24,471 bases of DNA, taken from the IMG/VR virus record IMGVR_UViG_3300031949_000149, positions 1 through 24,471 of that record, one strand, 5' to 3'. The position numbers and the translations under genes were made by a program. Under the pieces are notes generated by a model that was given only the letters and a program-made list of their open reading frames with translations, ran no database searches and was not told where the DNA came from. Positions 13,816-22,000 of this stretch are shown here, one piece after another; position 1 is the first letter of the stretch; every line of letters begins with the position of its first letter. Origin of the DNA: a virus. Lineage: Duplodnaviria > Caudoviricetes.

Positions 13816-16341
13816 ATGCGCCTCGTCCAGCGCAGCTTCTCCGGCGGCGAGCTCGGGCCCTCGCTCTACGCGCGCGACGATCTCGCGAAGTACGAGTCGG
13901 GTGTCGCCGGCTGCCGCAACTTCCTCCCGCTGGTACACGGCGCCGTCGCGAACCGGGCCGGCTTCGAGTTCCTCGCGGAGGTCAAGACCTCGGCGAAGAA
14001 GACGCGCGTCATCCCATTCGCCTTCTCGACGACGCAGACCTACATGCTCGAGTTCGGCGACCTCTACCTGCGCGTCTACAAGCGCGAGGGTGGCGTCTCG
14101 GGCCGTGTGCTCGTGCCGGCTCCCGTCACCGCCTGGAGCGCGGCGACCAACTACGTGATCGGCGACCACGCGCTCGAGGCGGGCGTCGTCTACTACTGCA
14201 CGGTCGCTCACATCAACCAGGTCCCGCCGAACGCAGGCTTCTGGTATCCGCTCTCGGGAGGCGCGCTGACCGCGATCGTCGAGATCCCGACGCCCTACGT
14301 CGAGGCCGATCTCGCACGGCTCAAGTTCTTCCAGAGCGCCGACACGATGACGCTCACCCATCCGAGCTACGATGACCGTGAGCTGGTGCGCACGGCGCAC
14401 CACGTCTGGAAGCTCTCGACGATCACGTTCGGTCCGAAGATCGCGGCGCCGGCCGGGCTCTTGCTCGTCGGCTCGGGCGCGGGCGATGACATCTCCTACG
14501 CGGTGACGTCTGTCCACAAGGATACGTTCGAGGAGAGCGTCCCGAGCGTCGTTACGACCGCGAACATCAACCTCGGCGCGCTGGTGACGCTCTCGTGGAC
14601 GCTGAACCCGGACGCCGGGAAGTACCACATCTATCGGCGCGCCTACTTCTCGACGGGCGGCGCCACGAAGCGGAAGGAGACGATCTACTCATTCGTCGGC
14701 ACGTCTGACGGCTCGACGTGGGTCGAGGTTCCCGAGGACACGGCAAGCGAGGCGGGTGAGAATCCGCCGACGACGCGCACCCCGTTCTCCGGCGCTGGCA
14801 ACAAGCCCGGCTGCGGCTGCTACTTCGAGCAGCGCCGCGTCACCGGCGGCTCGACTCTTCGGCCGAGCGGCCTCGACTTCTCACAGACCGGCAACTTCCA
14901 GAACTACAACGTCTCGACGCCGCTCAAGGGCGACGACGCGATCGCGCGCGTGCTGAACAGCCTCCAGGTGAACGAGATTCGGCACCTCGTCCCGCTGGAG
15001 CGGCTCCTCGTCCTCACCTCGGGCGGCGAGTGGGTGGTGCGCGGTCTCGATGGCGCGGTGACACCGCTCGACTTCGACGCACGACAGCAGGGCTACGGGG
15101 GCTCATCACACGTGCGGCCCGCTGTGGTGAAGGACACGGTCATCCTCGTGCAGGAGCGCGGGAACATCGTCCGCGACCTCTTCTACCAGCTCGAGCACGA
15201 GGGCTATCGCGGCAACGACCTCTCGGTCCTCGCGCAGCACCTGATCGAAGGCCGAACGATCGTCGACATGGACTACGCGCAGGTCCCGGACTCGGTCATC
15301 TGGCTCGTGCGTGATGACGGCGTGATGCTCTCGCTCACCTACAACCGCGAGCACCAGGTCTGGGCGTGGGGGCGCCATGACACGGACGGGCGCTTCGAGT
15401 CGGTCGCCGTGATTGCGGAGGGGAGCGAGGACGGCGTCTACGTGGTGGTGCGCCGGAAGATCGGCGGCGTCTGGAAGCGCTACGTCGAGCGGCTCCACTC
15501 GCGGCGCTTCCTCGGCGACGTGCGAGACGCCTTCTTCGTCGACTCGGGCCTCACGCTAGACGTGCCGCTCACGATCACGGGCGCGACCGCGGCGAGCCCG
15601 GTCGTCATCACCTCGGCCGCGCACGGGCTCGCAAACGGCTCGCCGGTCGACCTCGACGAGGTGGTCGGGCTCGAGATCGAGGATCCGGACGACGCCGAAG
15701 CGCTCGTCTCGCTCGTGAACGGCCGGCGCTTCGTCGTGGCGAACGCTGCCGCCAACACCTTCGAGCTGGTGGGCGAGTACGACGGCCTCCCGATCGACGG
15801 AACGCTGGCCACAGCCTACGCCGAGGGCGGCGTCGTGCGCCTAGCGAAGACCATCATCACCGGCCTCGGCCACCTCGAAGCCAAGACGATCACCGGCCTC
15901 GCGAACGGGAGCGAGATCGGCGAGCAGGTCGTGACCGGCGGGCAGATCGTGCTCCCGAAGGCGGCGAGCCGCGTGCACATCGGGCTCCGGATCGAGGCCG
16001 ACCTCACGACGCTCGACCTCTCGCTCGTCGCGTTCTTGCGCGGCATCCGCGATCTCCGGACCGTGAAGGCCGTCCGGCTCCAGGTCGAGGACTCGCGCGG
16101 CGGCTTCCTTGGGACGAACGCGGGCGACCTACTCGAGATCAAGTGGCGCGACGCGGAGGGCTACAACGAGGAGACGGAGCTGCTGACCGGCTTCGTCCGG
16201 ACGCCGATCAACTCGAAGTGGGACGAGCGCGGGCGCGTATTCCTGCGCCAGCGCTCGCCGCTGCCGCTCACCGTGCTCTCGATGGGATTCGAGTTCGAGG
16301 CGGCGGCCGAGCTGTCGAGGGGGGCGCGCCGTGCGGCTTAG
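13816..16341 (+). CDS. Tail nozzle / tail tubular protein B (T7 gp12-like)
   Basis: QRSFSGGELGPSLYARDDL.KY, IPFAFS..QTYMLEFG, QVWAWGRHDTDG.FESV, FFVDSGL, Q.SPLPLTVL motifs. Confidence 0.92.
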   Translation: MRLVQRSFSGGELGPSLYARDDLAKYESGVAGCRNFLPLVHGAVANRAGFEFLAEVKTSAKKTRVIPFAFSTTQTYMLEFGDLYLRVYKREGGVSGRVLVPAPVTAWSAATNYVIGDHALEAGVVYYCTVAHINQVPPNAGFWYPLSGGALTAIVEIPTPYVEADLARLKFFQSADTMTLTHPSYDDRELVRTAHHVWKLSTITFGPKIAAPAGLLLVGSGAGDDISYAVTSVHKDTFEESVPSVVTTANINLGALVTLSWTLNPDAGKYHIYRRAYFSTGGATKRKETIYSFVGTSDGSTWVEVPEDTASEAGENPPTTRTPFSGAGNKPGCGCYFEQRRVTGGSTLRPSGLDFSQTGNFQNYNVSTPLKGDDAIARVLNSLQVNEIRHLVPLERLLVLTSGGEWVVRGLDGAVTPLDFDARQQGYGGSSHVRPAVVKDTVILVQERGNIVRDLFYQLEHEGYRGNDLSVLAQHLIEGRTIVDMDYAQVPDSVIWLVRDDGVMLSLTYNREHQVWAWGRHDTDGRFESVAVIAEGSEDGVYVVVRRKIGGVWKRYVERLHSRRFLGDVRDAFFVDSGLTLDVPLTITGATAASPVVITSAAHGLANGSPVDLDEVVGLEIEDPDDAEALVSLVNGRRFVVANAAANTFELVGEYDGLPIDGTLATAYAEGGVVRLAKTIITGLGHLEAKTITGLANGSEIGEQVVTGGQIVLPKAASRVHIGLRIEADLTTLDLSLVAFLRGIRDLRTVKAVRLQVEDSRGGFLGTNAGDLLEIKWRDAEGYNEETELLTGFVRTPINSKWDERGRVFLRQRSPLPLTVLSMGFEFEAAAELSRGARRAA

Positions 16342-16804
16342 CCTCCGCCTCTACCCGATCAGCGAGGCCGGGATGCTCTACGTCTCGCAGCACCTCCGCG
16401 AGGTGGACCGGCGCGAGATCGCGGCCGGCTCCCGGCGCGAGCCGCTCGATGCGATCCTCCACTCTGCCGCGTGCTCGGACGAGGGCTTCGAGGCGCGGAC
16501 GCTCGCGGGGGTCCCGCTCGCGGTGGGTGGTGTCGGGCTGATCTCGCCGCTCCGCGGCAGCCCCTGGATGCTTGCGACCGACGACCTCCAGCGGCACCCG
16601 CTCTCGATGATGCGGCTCTCGCGCGCCTGGGTCGCAGACATCCGCCGTCGCTACGCGCAGCTCTTCAACTTCGTCCACGCCGAGAACGCGGTCTCGATCC
16701 ACTGGCTCCGCCGCCTCGGCTTCGAGATCCTTCCGGCGGTTCCGCACGGGCCCGCCGGTGCGCTCTTCCACCCGTTCACGATGGAGGGCGAGGCGCGTGT
16801 GTGA
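16331..16804 (+). CDS. T7 gp13 / DUF2833-like GNAT-fold protein
   Basis: LREVDRREI, PWMLATD, LFNFVHAENAVSIHWLRRLGF (GNAT N..A...L...GF motif); follows the nozzle gene. Confidence 0.85.
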   Translation: MRLSLRLYPISEAGMLYVSQHLREVDRREIAAGSRREPLDAILHSAACSDEGFEARTLAGVPLAVGGVGLISPLRGSPWMLATDDLQRHPLSMMRLSRAWVADIRRRYAQLFNFVHAENAVSIHWLRRLGFEILPAVPHGPAGALFHPFTMEGEARV

Positions 16805-17417
16805 GCCGATCAGCGCCGGAACTGTCGCCATCGTCGCCTCGATCGCGAGCACGGTCGTCTCGGCGGGCGCCGCCTACGTCGGCGCGCAGGCGCAGGCCGA
16901 TCAGGCGCGCGCGCAGGCGAAGGTCTCGGGCTATCTCGCGAAAGACGCGATCGAGCGCGGGAGGCGCGAGGAGCAGGCGACCCGCGAGCGCGTGCGCCGC
17001 GCGCTCGGGATGCAGCGCGCCGCCTTCGGTGCCTCGGGCGGTGTCGTCGACGTCGGCTCGGCCCTCGACGTGCTCGAAGACACGGCCTACTTCGGCGAGC
17101 TTGACATCCTGACCGTTCGCTCGAACGCCGCGCGGGAGGCGTGGTACCACCGGAGCAACCGCGCGCAGGCGATGGCGGCGGCCTCGAGCTACCGCGAGCA
17201 GGGCTACGTGGGCGCCGCCTCGACGCTGCTCGCCGGCGGCTCCTACGCCGCCCAGCTCACGAAGGCGCTCGGCTCGCCGGCGTCGACACCGCGCGCTGGC
17301 GTTCTCTCGGGCGCGGCCCCGGCCTACGCCCTCCCGTCCTCGCGGCTCTCCGACAACCTGATCGCCTACCAGGCGCCGCGGCTGGTCACGTCGCGCAGCT
17401 CCCGGAGCCTCGGCTGA
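16797..17417 (+). CDS. Internal virion / ejection protein (T7 gp14-like)
   Basis: GTG-TGT start giving MCEPISAG after GGAGG; hydrophobic N-terminus; QRAAFGASG....GSALDV..DT....ELD.LT.R.NA.REAW pattern. Confidence 0.85.
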   Translation: MCEPISAGTVAIVASIASTVVSAGAAYVGAQAQADQARAQAKVSGYLAKDAIERGRREEQATRERVRRALGMQRAAFGASGGVVDVGSALDVLEDTAYFGELDILTVRSNAAREAWYHRSNRAQAMAAASSYREQGYVGAASTLLAGGSYAAQLTKALGSPASTPRAGVLSGAAPAYALPSSRLSDNLIAYQAPRLVTSRSSRSLG

Positions 17418-19039
17418 TGCCGCGCGTCGCCGGAGCCAGCCGGCAGGTCGCGCTCGAGCCCCTCGGCGCACCGCGCCCGCTCGCCGTGAGCAGTGCGCCG
17501 GCCCTAGCGGCTGCCGGTGGTGCGCTCGGCGAGGTTTCGGATGTCGCCGGGAAGTTCCAGCTCGAGCACGACCTCTACGCGGCGAAGAGCGTCGACACGG
17601 CGTTTCGGACGGCGGTCTTCGAGGCCGGCATGGGCGATGGCGGCTTCTACACGCTCGCGGGTGAGAACGCGGTTCGCTCCCACGAGGCCTACGGGCAGCG
17701 GCTCCAGAAGCTCTACGAGGACGCGAAGACCAAGCTCGGCACCGGGAAGGCGGCCGAGGTCGGCGGCGAGGCGCTCGACACCGCGTACCTCGGCGAGCGC
17801 GCGCGGGCGACGCAGCACTACCGGAAGGAGCTGGCGACCGCGAACGACGAGACGAGCCTCGCGCGGACGCAGCTTGCCGCGAACGAGCTCGTCGCGTTCT
17901 ACAACGACGAGCCGCTCGTCAAGCGCAAGCTCGAAGAGATCGCGCACGAAGCGCTCGAGCGCGGGCAGCGCGCGGGCTCGTCAGAGGAGACGATCGCCGC
18001 CGAGATCGTCGGGCTTCAGAGCAAGGCGATCTTTGCCGCCATCACCTCGGCGAAGGAGCGCGACCCGCGCGACGCGCTGACGCTCTTTGCGAAGTGGGGC
18101 CCGCGCATGGATGCCGGCACGCGCGCCGCTTCTGCTGACATCGTGTTCGACGCGGCGCGCAAGATCAGTGCCATCGAGATATCGGAGCGGCTGCTTGCGG
18201 GCGGTGGATCACAGCAGGCGCAGCTCGCGCAGGTTCGAGAGATCGAAGACGACGAGCTGCGCGACTCGGTGCGAACGCGTGTCAACCAGAAGTGGACGGA
18301 CGAGCGCGCAGGCCGCGCGCTTGCGATGCAGGAGCTGGATTCGGCGGAGACGCACCTCTACCTGTCCGGCCAGAAGAAGAACCTAGAGGACATGGCGCCT
18401 GGGCTCTCGGGTGGCGCGCAGCGTGCGATCTCTCGGCTCGTCGACGCGCGCTCGCAGGGGATCGAGCTGGCGCCAGACCAGGGCTTCTACAAGGGCTACC
18501 TGCTCATGACGACGCAGGAGCGAGCCAAGCTGCAAGACGGCGCCGAGCTGATGACGAAGGTCGGGCCTGCGCTCTACCCGCGCGTGCTCAAGGAGATCGG
18601 GCAGGCACGCCGCACCATCGAGGGCAGCTCGCCGACGCAGCAGCTCACGCTCGGCACGATCAACGGCCGGATCGCGACCTTCGCGAAGAGCAACGGGCTG
18701 TGGGCCACCAACGAGGATGACGAGACGAAGTGGGAGCGCTTCCAGGCGTTCGACAGCTACGTGCGCCTCGAGCTGCAACGCTATCAGGACCCGGCCCTCG
18801 AAGACCTCCTCGGCGTGCTCCAGGACGCGACGCAGCGCTTCACGGTCGACCCGGGTGTGTTCAGCTCGGAGCAGACGCGCTTCGGATTCGAGCTACAGTC
18901 GGTCGATCTGCCGAACGTCGAGATGAGCGACGAGCACCGCGAAGAGGCGCGCGCGTTCCTGGTCGAGCAGGGCACGGCGCCGACCGAAGCGGCGATCGAC
19001 GCGCTCTTCCGGGAGTGGGTCGCGGCGGGCGCGCGGTGA
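17417..19039 (+). CDS. Internal virion / ejection protein (gp15-like position)
   Basis: TGATG coupling; MPRV start; helical Ala/Glu/Arg-rich 540 aa; assigned by synteny. Confidence 0.75.
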   Translation: MPRVAGASRQVALEPLGAPRPLAVSSAPALAAAGGALGEVSDVAGKFQLEHDLYAAKSVDTAFRTAVFEAGMGDGGFYTLAGENAVRSHEAYGQRLQKLYEDAKTKLGTGKAAEVGGEALDTAYLGERARATQHYRKELATANDETSLARTQLAANELVAFYNDEPLVKRKLEEIAHEALERGQRAGSSEETIAAEIVGLQSKAIFAAITSAKERDPRDALTLFAKWGPRMDAGTRAASADIVFDAARKISAIEISERLLAGGGSQQAQLAQVREIEDDELRDSVRTRVNQKWTDERAGRALAMQELDSAETHLYLSGQKKNLEDMAPGLSGGAQRAISRLVDARSQGIELAPDQGFYKGYLLMTTQERAKLQDGAELMTKVGPALYPRVLKEIGQARRTIEGSSPTQQLTLGTINGRIATFAKSNGLWATNEDDETKWERFQAFDSYVRLELQRYQDPALEDLLGVLQDATQRFTVDPGVFSSEQTRFGFELQSVDLPNVEMSDEHREEARAFLVEQGTAPTEAAIDALFREWVAAGAR

Positions 19040-22000
19040 GCAGCGGGTTCGCGAGCTTCCTGCGCGAGCGCGCGGCCACGGCGGGCGACGAAGCGGTCGA
19101 GCTTGGCGCCGAAGGGCGCACGACCGAGGCACCGGCGACGCTTCCCGGCCTCCCGGCCCCGCCTGCACCGGCGGCGCGCGGCGGCTTCGGCGCATTCCTG
19201 CGCGAGCGTTCCGCGGGGGGCGTCCCGCAGGCGACCCGCGGCGCGCTCCTCCTCGCCGACCCGGCCGGAGCCGACGCCTTCGCCAAGGACCGCGCTCTCG
19301 CGCGCCGTGCCGGCCTCCCGGCGATCGCCATCGAGGGGCCGCAGCGCGCCGAGTTCGAGCGCCAAGACGCGCTGCGGCAGAACCTCGACGCGCTGCGCGA
19401 TGCACCGGCGACGACGCGCTTCCTCGCGGATCCCGAGAACGCGCGGCTCGCGGCGGGTAGCGTGGCTGAGTTGACGTTCCAGGAGCGCTGGTGGCGCTCG
19501 TGGAAGGCAGCGGGCGAGCAGGACAGCCGGCAGCGGCGCGTGACGCAGCTCCAGCGGCGCTCGTGGATGCTGAACGACCTCTCGGACTCCGAGGAGGAGG
19601 AGCTGCGGCTGCTCAAGGGCGTCGAGACGCCGGACTTCGGGATCGGTGCCGAGCCGGTGCCGGCGTGGATCCAGGCGCTCCGCGAGGGTCCGACCGCTGG
19701 GCGCGGCTTCGGCGCTGCGTTTGAGCAGCTCTTCCGGGCCGGCCGGCTCGCGGCCCGGGCTCCGATCGAGGGGCGCGCGAGCCTCGGCAGCACGCTCGAG
19801 GGCGCCACTGGTGCGGGCGTAGGCGCAGCGGGTGGCGCGGGCCTAGCCCTGCTCGCTGGCGTCCCGGTTGCCCGCGAGGTGGCGATCGGCGCCGCGATCG
19901 GTGGCATCGCCACCTCCGGCAGCTCCGAGGGCGCCGCCGCATTCGACGCGATGCGCGACCGCGGCGTCTCGGAGAGCCTGGCGCGGAAGGTCGCGATCCC
20001 GGTCGGCCTGATCTCCGGCGCCGTCGAGGTGGGCGCGCTCGCCGCGATCCCCGGCGTCCGCCAGATCGCCCGCGGGAAGCTCCTCGACGCGGTGAGCCGG
20101 CCGCTGCTCCAGCGCGTGCTAGCCGACATCGTGGCCGGCGGCCTCTCGGAAGGCGCCGAGGAGGCGGTGCAGGAGCTGACGCAGGCCGGCGGCCAGTGGA
20201 TCGCCGATGTCCACGAGGGCCGTGACCCAACGGTCACGTTCGAGGCCGAGATCGACGGCCAGCCGGTGACGCTCACAGGATGGGACGCGCTGCTCGCCAA
20301 GGTGTCGCTCGCGGCCGAGCACGGCGCGCTCGCTGGCATCGCGTTCGGCGGCGCCACTGGCGGCGTCCAAGTTGGCGCGAGCCTCGTCCAGCGCGCCGCG
20401 GCGGTCTCCCGCGCCCAGAAGCGCGGTGAGGCGATGACGAAGGTCGCCGAGGCGCTCGACGCCTCGAAGATCGCCGAACGTGCGCCGGACGTGATGGAGG
20501 CACAGGCCGAGGCGGCGATCGCGCAGCACGGGGCGCCTGAGACGGTCTACGTGCCGGTGGCGCGCCTCCAGGAGCTGTTCCAGTCCGCGGCGACCGATGC
20601 GCTCACCGAGTTCGACACCGCCATCCCTGGGCTACGCGAGCGCGTGGGTGAGTCTCTCGTGACCGGCGCCGACGTGGCGCTCCCGAGCAAGCAGCTCGCG
20701 ACCCTGCTGCGCACCGCGCTTGGCAAGGAGCTGCTGACCGACCTGCGCTTCGACCCGGGGGAAATGACGGCGCGCGAGGCGGAGGCAGCCGCACCCGAGA
20801 TCGAGCGCGAGGTGCGCGGGATGCTCGACGCGCAGGACCAGGAGGAGGCCGGCGCCGACGCCATCGGACGCTACGTCCGGCGCCTCGATACGGCCCTCGC
20901 CGAGAGCGGTGCCTACGACCCGACGACCGCCTCGCGCATGGCGCAGCTCGAGGAGGCCAACCTTCGGGCGCTCGGCGAGCGCGCAGGGCTCTCGCCCGAG
21001 GAGGCGGTCCGCGAGCTCGGCCAGGTGAAGCTCGAGGTCGAGGCGCCGCCGCGCCGGCGAACGCTCCGAGAGCTGGTGCTGAACGAGACGAAGCCGCTTG
21101 CGCTGGGGGAGCAGCCGGCAGGCGCGCCCGAGCCGATCCCCGCGCGGATCGACCGCAGGCGCGCCGCCGCGCTGCTGGACGAGGTGCGCACGGGCCGGAA
21201 GCCCGAGCAGGAAGCGATGGCACACTTCCCGCTCCTCGCGCTGCTGAACCGTCTCGGCGGCGTCGACCCGAAGAGCCCGGTGGGCGGCGACCTACGGAGC
21301 ATGGGCGTCACAGGCCGCACCGTGCCAGGCATCTTCAGGAAGGCTGGCGGGCGTGGTGCGCTCGACGACCTCGTGCGGAGCGAGAATCCGATCCTTGCGA
21401 CCCTCCCGGCGTCGCCGGATACGGACTACGCCGACCACCGTGCGGTGCTCGAGGCGATCCGGGAGGAGCTGGCAGGCCGCCCCGTGCGCACCGACGAGCA
21501 GACACAGGCGATCGTCGAGGCCGAGATTGCGCGCGAGTCGATGGCCGAGGAGGTGGACCGGCTCGGGCTCGATCTGACCCGGCCAGACGAGGAGCTGCTC
21601 CAGGCGATCGAGACCGAGGCGATCCGGCAGCAGGCGGAGCCGCGCGAGAGTGTTCCCCGTGAAACTGCCCCGGAGGGGTTCGAGCTGTTCCAGGCTGGGC
21701 GAGAATCGGCGGCCGTGAAGACGCCCGCTGACATCGCTCGCTCTGTGCTCCTCTCGGACCCAAAGCGCGTCTCTCTTCTGCGCGAGGCGCTGGATCTCTA
21801 CGCGCTCGGAAAGGCCGCAGGCGACGAGTACCGCGACCGATACCACGAACCTGTTAGTAAAGAGACCGGCCAGCGAATCTTCTCTGAGCTGCGGCCCACC
21901 GAAGGCGAGCCGTGGGAGATCGACCTCAAGGAGTCGTTTCTGCTAGAGGGGCTTCGTGGAACGGTGCCTGAGGGTGGTCCGAAGACGGTGCTCGCCTACC

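Noticed and set aside
20572-20583. Third ELFQ (GAGCTGTTCCAG, same 12-mer as 21682-21693)
   Set aside because: No codon-usage shift around it, so it is not treated as a cassette boundary; recheck in an orthologue alignment.
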